A DNA stretch of 64,000 nt from the IMG/VR virus record IMGVR_UViG_3300005512_000003, one strand, 5' to 3'. The position numbers were made by a program, and so were the translations under genes. Below, one piece after another: positions 1 through 7,424 of this stretch; within the stretch, counting starts at the first letter, position 1, and every line of letters begins with the position of its first letter. This DNA comes from a virus. Taxonomy: Duplodnaviria; Caudoviricetes. Under the pieces are notes generated by a model. The model was not told the DNA's origin. It saw nothing but the letters and a program-made list of their open reading frames with translations, and did not search any database.

Positions 1-2
1 AT

Positions 3-239
3 GTCGGACCAGACACAACCTATGCAGAGCAGCGTAAGCAACGATTGCAGGATTGTGTTGATGACTATCTGCAAGACGATGAAGTTTCACCTTTGACTTT
101 TTACAATGAACTGAAGGATTGTGTGAGTGATGTGAGTGAGTATCACAAAAAGCAAATGGAAAGAGCAAGTGGATTGATGAAACTGATTAGTCCGATTCAG
201 TTTCAACAGGAGATACATATTGAAGAAAATCAATGTTAA
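3..239 (+). CDS. hypothetical phage protein (5'-truncated by window edge)
   Basis: Frame of ORF 45..239 stays open back to position 3 (VGPDTTYAEQRKQRLQDCVDD...); abuts next ATG at 240. Confidence 0.6.
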   Translation, partial: VGPDTTYAEQRKQRLQDCVDDYLQDDEVSPLTFYNELKDCVSDVSEYHKKQMERASGLMKLISPIQFQQEIHIEENQC

Positions 240-464
240 ATGGATGAACAGACTAAGTTGATTCTGGCACTATATCAAGTGGAAGGAATCACTAAACTCA
301 CACAAAACAACGAGTATAAGCAATACATTTACAATCACCTCAATCCCATTTACTATGAACTTCAGCGACAACTCTCTAATCTCCAACATGGACAAGAAAC
401 TGGCAGAAATGGACACGGACGAACTGATGATGTTTCTGGAGGAAGCGGAGAAGAAAGCATCTGA
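240..464 (+). CDS. hypothetical protein
   Basis: 74-aa ORF, tightly packed with neighbours. Confidence 0.6.
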   Translation: MDEQTKLILALYQVEGITKLTQNNEYKQYIYNHLNPIYYELQRQLSNLQHGQETGRNGHGRTDDVSGGSGEESI

Positions 465-513
465 ACTTGAGATCACAGTTGATTATTATATTGCAGAGTT
501 CTGCGGAATCTGA
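388..513 (+). CDS. small acidic hypothetical protein (not in ORF track)
   Basis: Hand translation MDKKLAEMDTDELMMFLEEAEKKASELEITVDYYIAEFCGI*. Confidence 0.55.
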   Translation: MDKKLAEMDTDELMMFLEEAEKKASELEITVDYYIAEFCGI

Positions 514-542
514 TAAAATAGTAAGGTAATCTACAGAGACAC

Positions 543-692
543 ATGAAACGCATTGTTGTTGATTTTTCGGAAGAAGAGTTTGAACTGACGATCGACGCGC
601 TTGAAGCGATTGCTCAAAGTGACGATTATGCTTCAGACATTTGTAATGACATCATTGACAAACTGTACGATGGCGCAAAAGAACTCTCCTGA
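543..692 (+). CDS. small acidic hypothetical protein (not in ORF track)
   Basis: Hand translation MKRIVVDFSEEEFELTIDALEAIAQSDDYASDICNDIIDKLYDGAKELS*. Confidence 0.55.
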   Translation: MKRIVVDFSEEEFELTIDALEAIAQSDDYASDICNDIIDKLYDGAKELS

Positions 693-987
693 GGTTTATC
701 ATGAACTCCCCCAAAGTTTTCCACACACTGCGCCAGAAGGGTACAGATACGAGGCAGTTTGCTTTAAACGCAATGTTATTGCAGTGTGGACTGTATATGA
801 TCGTGGGTTTGTCTACAGTGATTATGCTCCAGTTCGTTGTATCTGGGGATTCTTCAACACAAAGACAGGAACCTATTCAGCGCCTATTAACTCCACCAAG
901 TGTGGAGATCCAGTAGACATTAAGGATACAACTCCTTATTCAGCAATGCAACTCAATCTCAATCCATTAGAGAGAGCATTTCTATGA
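670..987 (+). CDS. hypothetical cyanophage-type protein
   Basis: Part of ORF 601..987; ATG at 670 avoids a long overlap with 543..692. Confidence 0.65.
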   Translation: MAQKNSPEVYHELPQSFPHTAPEGYRYEAVCFKRNVIAVWTVYDRGFVYSDYAPVRCIWGFFNTKTGTYSAPINSTKCGDPVDIKDTTPYSAMQLNLNPLERAFL

Positions 988-1244
988 CTGCCACATTCTA
1001 CACACCAAAGGTTAATGATTATGTAAAATGGGACAAGGTTGAAGGTTGGATCTATTGGATTGATGAGCAATCAACATATCTTACGATTGAGATTGCAGTC
1101 AAACCCAAAGATGATGAAAACATTCATCATAGTCCACTTCACCGCAAGGTTCATTGTTTGGTCGTTTGTTATTCACATGACTGGCCAAAACTTGTTTATG
1201 TCAAATCGCGAAAATCAGTTCATGACGATGAAGTTCAAAGTTGA
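984..1244 (+). CDS. hypothetical protein
   Basis: 86-aa ORF, ATGA overlap with upstream stop. Confidence 0.65.
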   Translation: MTATFYTPKVNDYVKWDKVEGWIYWIDEQSTYLTIEIAVKPKDDENIHHSPLHRKVHCLVVCYSHDWPKLVYVKSRKSVHDDEVQS

Positions 1245-1377
1245 GTATCTGTTTCCTAAGAAGAAGGGATATTCCAAGCAATCTGCAGTCTTTTATGATG
1301 TCAGAGATGCAATGATGTGGGAGCGTCATGTAAAAGAGAAAGGTTGTATTGACACTGAAGTATTGCCAGTATTCTAA
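1228..1377 (+). CDS. hypothetical protein
   Basis: C-terminal part of ORF 1039..1377 (MKFKVEYLFPKKKG...); likely real start at 1228. Confidence 0.55.
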   Translation: MKFKVEYLFPKKKGYSKQSAVFYDVRDAMMWERHVKEKGCIDTEVLPVF

Positions 1378-1613
1378 TGGAAAGTAACTATGACAAGTTG
1401 AAGAGTTATCTGAATGCCAAGTATGAGTATTTGGCTGCAATGGGAAAGCACAATCTTTCTGAAAGAGAAGGAGCAGAGTGTGAGTATCAATGGCGAATGA
1501 TGATTGACATTATGGAATATGTTGATAAACTGGATGAGATGGATGCATTGATCGAAAGTCTACCTACAGGAAACATCACACTGATTACAAATGCCAAGAG
1601 TCAAAACCAGTGA
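1377..1613 (+). CDS. hypothetical protein
   Basis: 78-aa ORF, TAATG coupling. Confidence 0.6.
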   Translation: MESNYDKLKSYLNAKYEYLAAMGKHNLSEREGAECEYQWRMMIDIMEYVDKLDEMDALIESLPTGNITLITNAKSQNQ

Positions 1614-1875
1614 TAAGTTATCTTCAAATCTGAAGGAACTTACAACCACAAAACCAAAGACCAACCCAAGCGCCAAGAGAAAGAAAAAGGAAGAGATCAA
1701 ATGCACTCGATCGCGAGACAAAGAGTTATTCCCTCATAATGCATTTCCATTTCGCTTAGATCATAAGAATGAAAAGCGAGTTTGTTGGTTTGAGTGTTAT
1801 GAACATGCAGAGAAATACATCACTCGATACTCATTAACATCAAAAGATTACACATTAAAGAAACCCTGGAGTTAA
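1591..1875 (+). CDS. basic hypothetical protein
   Basis: 94-aa ORF, Lys-rich N-terminus. Confidence 0.6.
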   Translation: MPRVKTSDKLSSNLKELTTTKPKTNPSAKRKKKEEIKCTRSRDKELFPHNAFPFRLDHKNEKRVCWFECYEHAEKYITRYSLTSKDYTLKKPWS

Positions 1876-1881
1876 GAAATC

Positions 1882-2046
1882 ATGACCTGGACACTGAAGA
1901 ACAATGCTGCTGTTTCCCGCCGATTGGAGAAGGTTGGAGATGTCAATCTTGACACTCATGAAGGACGAAGTGCAGTTGGATATTGCTATATGGAATATGT
2001 TTCCGAACCACAGATGATTACATATGAAGAGGAGGAGGAAGAATGA
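1882..2046 (+). CDS. small hypothetical protein with poly-Glu tail (not in ORF track)
   Basis: MTWTLKNNAAVSRRLEKVGDVNLDTHEGRSAVGYCYMEYVSEPQMITYEEEEEE*. Confidence 0.5.
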   Translation: MTWTLKNNAAVSRRLEKVGDVNLDTHEGRSAVGYCYMEYVSEPQMITYEEEEEE

Positions 2047-2189
2047 TTCTGAAGCAATGTAAGTCAAACTGGTATTATGTCTTCTGGGGCATTTGTACTG
2101 TTACGGTATTAGCAGGGCAAGTGTATATTGGTACTGGTTATCATCGTTTTGCTAATTCTATCAACGCTTATATCACACAGACTCAATGA
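2043..2189 (+). CDS. small membrane protein (not in ORF track)
   Basis: MILKQCKSNWYYVFWGICTVTVLAGQVYIGTG...; one hydrophobic segment; ATGA overlaps at both ends. Confidence 0.6.
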   Translation: MILKQCKSNWYYVFWGICTVTVLAGQVYIGTGYHRFANSINAYITQTQ

Positions 2190-2758
2190 AACCATTAACA
2201 CTGTCACAACTGAATCGAGTCAGTGCATTAAATCCAATGCAATCTGATCCTTCATTTCTACCATTGGTGAATGATTATGTCCAACGATGGAGTTCACTCT
2301 CTGAAGAAGGATTGGATCATGTTGCACTGATTCGGTGTATTGAATGTACCAATGGTTGTGTACAGTATGCCTTTCGCGACAATAGCGACAAAGCATTGTC
2401 TGTTGAACAAACGCGAGAAGCAATGAAGACTAGCATGTCTTTTATTAAGACAAAGAGTCTCACATTGCCTAATCATCAAACAATCAATGCACTCCCTGAA
2501 ATACACTCCCTCATGGATGAAACAAGGACTCTTTATGTTGAAGGATTCAAGAAAGGTAATCCAGAGATGACAAAAGAGTTCTTTGCTTCTTCTGTCGCCC
2601 AGTTGTATGTGTGTGGAAAAGAAAGGATTGTCAAACAAATGAAGTTTGTGAAGGAACACTTTACTGATACATTTACAGAGTTTTGGTTAACAATGGGATT
2701 ATCATATATGATGCAGTTTCTATTACCATTAGAAGACTATACACATACTAAACCTTAA
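2186..2758 (+). CDS. hypothetical protein
   Basis: 190-aa ORF; its stop overlaps the convergent HNH stop in TTAA 2755-2758. Confidence 0.75.
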   Translation: MKPLTLSQLNRVSALNPMQSDPSFLPLVNDYVQRWSSLSEEGLDHVALIRCIECTNGCVQYAFRDNSDKALSVEQTREAMKTSMSFIKTKSLTLPNHQTINALPEIHSLMDETRTLYVEGFKKGNPEMTKEFFASSVAQLYVCGKERIVKQMKFVKEHFTDTFTEFWLTMGLSYMMQFLLPLEDYTHTKP

Positions 2759-3204
2759 ACATTATTGTATCTGACATTATTCACTAAGATTTTAATATAT
2801 TTCTGCATTCTATCCCATTCTGTTGTAGGCATGATTGTTATACCATTATCAAGGTGAACTATCTCATCAGTATAGGAATGAGGTATCTCTACTGTTTTAT
2901 TCTTATGACGATATATCCATTCTAAGTTAGATGCATTGTTATTGAGTTTATTACCATCTTTGTGTATAATGATCATACCATCTTCATATCCTTCACAGAA
3001 AGCAAATCCAACTAATCTGTGTACATAGAAAGGACGAGCATATTTCTTATCTTTATCATATACACTTACCATATAGAGAGATGCACCGTTTCTTTCTTTT
3101 AGGTATTGTTTAAGTTTCTTACCTGTCTTCTTATTGTATACCTCACCCTCTTCTGATACAATGGTATTGTCAAGAGAAGGATGTAGTTCAGAGAGATCGT
3201 ACAT
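2755..3204 (-). CDS. HNH (HNH_3/NUMOD4-type) homing endonuclease
   Basis: VSEEGEVYN...VHRLVGFAF...IIHKDGNKLNNNASNLEW motif. Confidence 0.85.
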   Translation of the reverse strand: MYDLSELHPSLDNTIVSEEGEVYNKKTGKKLKQYLKERNGASLYMVSVYDKDKKYARPFYVHRLVGFAFCEGYEDGMIIIHKDGNKLNNNASNLEWIYRHKNKTVEIPHSYTDEIVHLDNGITIMPTTEWDRMQKYIKILVNNVRYNNV

Positions 3205-3457
3205 ACTGATAATATAGAGGGAAGGTGAAGGTTGTGCTCTATATTTTATGTATAGTGCATAGGTTAATCATAGGTTCTAGGTTTAATAAATGGTTAAAAA
3301 AATAGTATAGAGTAATGTATATGGATTGTGTTCTATAGAATCTAGACGAGAATGTGTGTATCATCATATAATCATCATATAAGTCTCGTCTAGAATCATC
3401 ATATATGTCTCATAAAGTCTCGTCTAAATGTGTGATCTTATAGTCAGCTTAGCCCGC

Positions 3458-3486
3458 AGTCTATCAGATCTCGACGAGAATGTCAA
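3458..3486 (-). promoter_or_regulatory. sigma70-type promoter facing the HNH gene
   Basis: Minus strand TTGACA-N17-TAGACT with TG extension; a palindrome lies inside the spacer. Confidence 0.75.
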
Positions 3487-3544
3487 GCACACGCGCCCAG
3501 ATTTCGCAGTGGCACACAGTCTCATAAGTCTCGACGAGATACAC

Positions 3545-3573
3545 TTGACATCCGCAGTCACATACAGTATCAT
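3545..3573 (+). promoter_or_regulatory. sigma70-type promoter
   Basis: TTGACA-N17-TATCAT, flanked by palindromes at 3529 and 3581. Confidence 0.8.
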
Positions 3574-3842
3574 ATAAACATCTCGACGAGATGTGCAGAG
3601 GTACGCAGTACACCACAGCGTACATATCTCGACGAGATACACATAAATCCACACATATCACATACAGTCATATACTGCGTACACATAATCTCGACGAGAT
3701 ATGTACATAATTACACATCACATCTAGTACACATATAGAGCACATATACTGCGTGTGTTCTAGTATAGAGCACACAGTGTACCATTGCACTATATTACGT
3801 GCATATATAATTACTGTGCGATGCATTAATGCGTAGCACATG

Positions 3843-3871
3843 TTGACGAGCACGGACATATCTGTTAGTAT
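3843..3871 (+). promoter_or_regulatory. sigma70-type promoter for ORF 3896
   Basis: TTGACG-N17-TAGTAT. Confidence 0.55.
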
Positions 3872-3895
3872 ACTAATGTATCGCAGGTCGCTCCA

Positions 3896-4078
3896 ATGAT
3901 TTCTTACGCTCAAAAACAAAAGTATCGAATCACCCTGGAAGTTGAGGTTCTAGATGACCCTGACTTCGCATTTGATCCTTTCCAGATTAACTGGTCTGAT
4001 GTTTTGTGTTTAGAACCTGCAGAGGATTGCACTGCATACGTAGAAGATCTATCACGAGATCTTCAGGAAGTATGGTAG
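3896..4078 (+). CDS. small acidic hypothetical protein
   Basis: 60-aa ORF downstream of promoter, followed by terminator. Confidence 0.65.
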   Translation: MISYAQKQKYRITLEVEVLDDPDFAFDPFQINWSDVLCLEPAEDCTAYVEDLSRDLQEVW

Positions 4079-4104
4079 GAATAAGACAGTTTTTATAGTG
4101 TCAC

Positions 4105-4131
4105 AAGACCCCTTGCGAGGGGTCTTTTTTT
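4105..4131 (+). terminator. rho-independent terminator
   Basis: AAGACCCCT-TGCG-AGGGGTCTT followed by T-run. Confidence 0.75.
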
Positions 4132-4161
4132 GTGCAATAGTACTATCACGTTCAAAGATTC

Positions 4162-4362
4162 GTGATGTCTGACCTTCTGGAAATGTTGTCTGCTCGTGAA
4201 CAGTTGATGGAGGACATTGATGCTATTATTGAAGGTTTTTACTTTGATAATCCAGTTCAGAACTGCTGCGGCGCTGACCGTCTCCAACTAACTGCCACTG
4301 ATCGTGATGAACTCACTCGCATCTTATGTGATGCTGTCTGCCGTAACTTTCCTGCTCAATGA
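4162..4362 (+). CDS. small acidic hypothetical protein
   Basis: 66-aa ORF. Confidence 0.65.
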   Translation: MMSDLLEMLSAREQLMEDIDAIIEGFYFDNPVQNCCGADRLQLTATDRDELTRILCDAVCRNFPAQ

Positions 4363-4370
4363 TAACAATG

Positions 4371-4428
4371 TGTGCCAATAGTTTTAGTGGCACAATAAAT
4401 GAGCACAGTGCTCAAAATCGTGTATTGT
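4371..4428 (+). promoter_or_regulatory. early promoter cassette: TGTGCCA-N10-TGGCACA inverted repeat plus -10 box
   Basis: Perfect 7-bp inverted repeat 4371-4377/4388-4394; TATTGT 28 nt downstream; CAAAATC conserved with the other copies. Confidence 0.7.
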
Positions 4429-4454
4429 ATTCTCAAGTTCAAAAACAAAGCAAA

Positions 4455-4628
4455 ATGATTCTCTCTGGCGCTGATGTTCGGATGGCATTAGTTTCCCGTC
4501 GTGGTGAACTGATTCGTTGTTCATCTATCACCAAAGATGATACTTTTGATCAACAGATTGCTGCTCTCGATGTTGCTATTGAAAAACTTTGGGATGCAAA
4601 GCAAATCGAACTCAACATCGTTAACTGA
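4455..4628 (+). CDS. hypothetical protein
   Basis: C-terminal part of ORF 4359..4628; first in-frame ATG after the promoter cassette. Confidence 0.6.
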   Translation: MILSGADVRMALVSRRGELIRCSSITKDDTFDQQIAALDVAIEKLWDAKQIELNIVN

Positions 4629-4634
4629 ACATCA

Positions 4635-4796
4635 ATGAAAAACTTTCGTGTTCGTGTTGAAACTTACGACGGATGTGTGACCATTTGGCATGAGAAATCA
4701 AAGGCAAAAACGGCTGATAAATTGATTCTCAATCGTGTCTACAATCAACTCTGTGGACTGAACATTAAAGAAGTTTCTGTTACTCCATCTGTTTGA
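4635..4796 (+). CDS. hypothetical protein (not in ORF track)
   Basis: MKNFRVRVETYDGCVTIWHEKSKAKTADKLILNRVYNQLCGLNIKEVSVTPSV*. Confidence 0.6.
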   Translation: MKNFRVRVETYDGCVTIWHEKSKAKTADKLILNRVYNQLCGLNIKEVSVTPSV

Positions 4797-4798
4797 TC

Positions 4799-4987
4799 AT
4801 GAACAAATCCGAACTGACTGCAGCAATCTATCAAGGTCTGGAGAATCTCATCGATAGCAATCAAATGCTCCATGATTACTGGGTTTCAGAGTTGTTTACT
4901 GATGAGGGAGATGTTATTTGTGAGGCATGGAATGGTGATACTCTGGCACTGATAGAAAAGGACGTTATGTATCAACAACTCATGTGA
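4799..4987 (+). CDS. small acidic hypothetical protein
   Basis: ORF 4793..4987, ATG at 4799. Confidence 0.6.
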   Translation: MNKSELTAAIYQGLENLIDSNQMLHDYWVSELFTDEGDVICEAWNGDTLALIEKDVMYQQLM

Positions 4988-5053
4988 CGGTCGGGGAACT
5001 GTCCACCATTCTCCCCATTGCCCCCAAAATCCTGTAATTTAAAAGAGTCAAAC
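4983..5053 (+). promoter_or_regulatory. early promoter cassette (degenerate inverted repeat plus TAATTT -10)
   Basis: TGTGACG-N10-TGTCCAC, TAATTT 28 nt downstream; 5022-5053 identical to 6889-6920. Confidence 0.7.
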
Positions 5054-5065
5054 GAATTCGACCGA

Positions 5066-5407
5066 ATGCGTCTCATCGAACGCCAAATGAACGCCGCCAT
5101 TCTTAACAAGAAAGATTGGCAGAAAGATAACACTATGGTGACACATTCTCACGATGGTGTGAATGCTCCCGTGTCTCATGTGTTTCTTTTCGGTAACAAG
5201 ATTGCCGAGGTTGGTGATAACTTCATTCGTCTTTTTGATGGCGGTTGGCAAACTACCACCACAAAATCCCGTCTGAATGCAATTTTGCAAGCGCACGGTG
5301 AGCAGGGTGATTGTGTCTTTCAGAAGAAGTTTGAGTGGTTCGTGACACTTAACACGAAACAAGGTCTCACCACTGTTCCTTTCTTCTCTTCAATGCGTCT
5401 GGGTTGA
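5066..5407 (+). CDS. hypothetical phage protein
   Basis: ORF 5018..5407; ATG at 5066 follows the promoter (MRLIERQMN...FDGGWQTTTTKSRLNA). Confidence 0.75.
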   Translation: MRLIERQMNAAILNKKDWQKDNTMVTHSHDGVNAPVSHVFLFGNKIAEVGDNFIRLFDGGWQTTTTKSRLNAILQAHGEQGDCVFQKKFEWFVTLNTKQGLTTVPFFSSMRLG

Positions 5408-5416
5408 TTAACACTT

Positions 5417-5445
5417 AAGGGGGACATTCGTGCCCCCCTTTCTTT
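5417..5445 (+). terminator. probable terminator/attenuator hairpin
   Basis: AAGGGGGAC-ATTC-GTGCCCCCCTT followed by TCTTT. Confidence 0.55.
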
Positions 5446-5465
5446 GTACCTTTCTCCTCTTCAAA

Positions 5466-5744
5466 ATGAACTACACTCTCAAACAACTTCAAAAACTTGT
5501 CAACAACATGGTTAAGATTCAAGGTGAAAATGCACCTTGTGCGGCATGGATTTACACTGCCGAGGATTGTATGATTCGTGATGAAAATGACGAACCGACT
5601 TATCCTTGTGACAAACATCCTGAACTCGCTGAAAGAATCTTCAATGATGTTGGCAACATTGATTACATCTATCAAGTGATTCAGGAGTGCGTAGATGAAG
5701 TTACGGAAGAACAGTTTATGTCACTTCAGCAAGAATTAGTCTGA
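5466..5744 (+). CDS. acidic hypothetical protein
   Basis: ORF 5430..5744, ATG at 5466. Confidence 0.7.
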   Translation: MNYTLKQLQKLVNNMVKIQGENAPCAAWIYTAEDCMIRDENDEPTYPCDKHPELAERIFNDVGNIDYIYQVIQECVDEVTEEQFMSLQQELV

Positions 5745-5750
5745 GTTATT

Positions 5751-5981
5751 ATGTCTTTCGTGTCCAACTTTTCTTCTTCAAGTGTTATGAACCAAGACCA
5801 ACTTGATCAGGTAAAAGAAAACTATGCCAACCTAATCGTGGATGGTATGGATATGAAAACTCTTTGCACATTTGCTATTGATACTATCATGCACAACATG
5901 GAATCGTGGGATGAGCAAGATTTAAAGGAAGAAGTTTTGGACCTTTATGATCAAGAAATCTGGGACGATTTGATCGCTTAA
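5751..5981 (+). CDS. very acidic hypothetical protein
   Basis: 76-aa ORF ending WDEQDLKEEVLDLYDQEIWDDLIA. Confidence 0.65.
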   Translation: MSFVSNFSSSSVMNQDQLDQVKENYANLIVDGMDMKTLCTFAIDTIMHNMESWDEQDLKEEVLDLYDQEIWDDLIA

Positions 5982-6002
5982 GTGATACCGCGAAGCGGCC
6001 GC

Positions 6003-6060
6003 CCGACCAGTTGGATAAGTGGCACACAAAATGGGCACTGCCCCCAAAATCTGGTAATTT
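6003..6060 (+). promoter_or_regulatory. early promoter cassette
   Basis: CCAGT-TGGATA-AGTGGCACA...CCCCAAAATC-TGG-TAATTT; -10 lies 28 nt after TGGCACA. Confidence 0.7.
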
Positions 6061-6066
6061 AGATTC

Positions 6067-6270
6067 ATGGAAAACAACGCAACCGACATGACCATCACTC
6101 CCGCATTCACTGATGCAATCGAATCGATGCAATCGTTCTTTTATGAGATGAACCCTGACATCGACATGTGCTACGATTGGGTGTGTGAAATGGCACAAGT
6201 TTCCACCTTCGTTCACAACAACGATGCGTGGGATATGTTCTACGATGCATGGGAAACTGTCTCTGCCTGA
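6067..6270 (+). CDS. very acidic hypothetical protein (near-leaderless mRNA)
   Basis: 67 aa with no Lys or Arg; ATG 6 nt after the -10 box. Confidence 0.65.
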   Translation: MENNATDMTITPAFTDAIESMQSFFYEMNPDIDMCYDWVCEMAQVSTFVHNNDAWDMFYDAWETVSA

Positions 6271-6306
6271 TTAACAACAACTCTTTCGCCCTTAACTAAC
6301 AACAAC

Positions 6307-6471
6307 ATGCAAGAGACTAAGTTTATTCTTCACGGACAATTCCACCGCGCTAATGGTTGGATTATGAATGACAGTTTGGGTTACATCAAAGCAACAAAAG
6401 AGGAAGCGATTGAAACATGTAACCGCCTCAATCCTAACTTTGTGATTCAATCTATCACTATCGAAGAATGA
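6307..6471 (+). CDS. hypothetical protein (not in ORF track)
   Basis: MQETKFILHGQFHRANGWIMNDSLGYIKATKEEAIETCNRLNPNFVIQSITIEE*. Confidence 0.6.
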   Translation: MQETKFILHGQFHRANGWIMNDSLGYIKATKEEAIETCNRLNPNFVIQSITIEE

Positions 6472-6677
6472 TGTACACTGACCCCTGCACTTTCGCTCTT
6501 CAAACTGACAACAACATTATGCAAAACGTTTACACTGATTACATCGAAAGCAAAGGTTACACCGTGAAAGAGTGTTACCGTCCCGCTAAAAAAGAGGTTC
6601 CTGCTTCACTTCGTGATCGCTATTCTTCCTATGAAGAGTATCAGGAAGCAATGGCAGATTTCCTTAACGGAATGTGA
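6468..6677 (+). CDS. hypothetical protein
   Basis: 69-aa ORF. Confidence 0.6.
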   Translation: MMYTDPCTFALQTDNNIMQNVYTDYIESKGYTVKECYRPAKKEVPASLRDRYSSYEEYQEAMADFLNGM

Positions 6678-6713
6678 TTTTTTCCCTCTAATCGTCCCTT
6701 CGTTATTCACAAC

Positions 6714-6845
6714 ATGTTTGATGAACTTTGGTCTGAGATTAATGACATGCCAGGTGAAATCTTCGATATTCCTGAGATGAAAGATCTGCAGGAAGATGAT
6801 AACAAATCCCTGGAAGATTTCCTGAAAAGTAACAACGACTTCTAA
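6714..6845 (+). CDS. very acidic peptide (not in ORF track)
   Basis: MFDELWSEINDMPGEIFDIPEMKDLQEDDNKSLEDFLKSNNDF*. Confidence 0.6.
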   Translation: MFDELWSEINDMPGEIFDIPEMKDLQEDDNKSLEDFLKSNNDF

Positions 6846-6848
6846 GGG

Positions 6849-6920
6849 GTGGACAATCGGAGAGGTGGCACACACTTTCCCACAAGCGCCCCAAAATCCT
6901 GTAATTTAAAAGAGTCAAAC
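6849..6920 (+). promoter_or_regulatory. early promoter cassette driving the ardA-like gene
   Basis: GTGGACA-N10-TGGCACA, TAATTT 29 nt downstream; 32-bp identity with 5022-5053. Confidence 0.7.
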
Positions 6921-6934
6921 AAATCACTTCACAC

Positions 6935-7369
6935 ATGCCCATCACTTTGACCGCTAACTACAAAGAAACCCTCTCTGCAGTTACTGTCGAAAAGATCGAA
7001 GAATTCCTGGAAGATTGTTATGATCTTCCTGCAATCCTTGAGTTCATTGATGAGAACTCCGAAGAGGATTTCGTTAACTACTACGAAGAATATGTTCGTT
7101 GTGGTGAACAGATTGGTTATGAGGCAGTTGATGCTTTGATCGAAGAATCGGGCATTGATGCTATCAATGAGTGTGACGAACGTTATCAGGGTCACTATCA
7201 ATCAACCGCTGATTTTGCAGAGGAGTTCTTTACAGAAATGGGTGAGCATATTCCCGATGCAATTGTTGTAGATTGGGAGGCAACTTGGGATCGTAATCTT
7301 TACTATGATTTCACCGCATGTAACGATGGTTCCGTATACTGCCCCATCCACATCTTTCGTGATCACTGA
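6935..7369 (+). CDS. ardA: ArdA-like antirestriction protein (DNA mimic)
   Basis: 36 D/E vs 6 K/R in 144 aa; YQGHYQSTADFAEEF...IPD...VDWEATWDRNL matches the ArdA C-terminal pattern YxGxYxSxxDFAEE...IP...IDYE. Confidence 0.75.
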   Translation: MPITLTANYKETLSAVTVEKIEEFLEDCYDLPAILEFIDENSEEDFVNYYEEYVRCGEQIGYEAVDALIEESGIDAINECDERYQGHYQSTADFAEEFFTEMGEHIPDAIVVDWEATWDRNLYYDFTACNDGSVYCPIHIFRDH

Positions 7370-7375
7370 TAACAT

Positions 7376-7399
7376 GGGGGACTCATCTCCCCCCTTTTT
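7376..7399 (+). terminator. hairpin plus T-run between the ardA-like and nuclease genes
   Basis: GGGGGA-CTCATC-TCCCCC-CTTTTT. Confidence 0.55.
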
Positions 7400-7424
7400 A
7401 TTGACCCTTCCTCATCACAATCTC

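Larger units (their letters stand above)
3341..3699. repeat. array of 11-bp interrupted palindromes TCTCG-A-CGAGA (5 exact, 3 variants)
   Basis: Exact copies at 3469, 3529, 3581, 3627, 3689; variants TCTAGACGAGA 3341, TCTCGTCTAGA 3384, TCTCGTCTAAA 3418. Confidence 0.95.

Noticed and set aside
3341-3699. CRISPR or TIGR-like array
   Set aside because: Repeats are only 11-17 bp, spacing is irregular (46-62 bp), spacers are low-complexity and similar to each other, and there is no cas or Nop-domain gene in the window.
3424-3919. Minus-strand ORFs 3424..3654, 3464..3661, 3668..3919
   Set aside because: Cys/Val/Tyr-rich translations of the CA-rich repeat tract that overlap promoters; no RBS.
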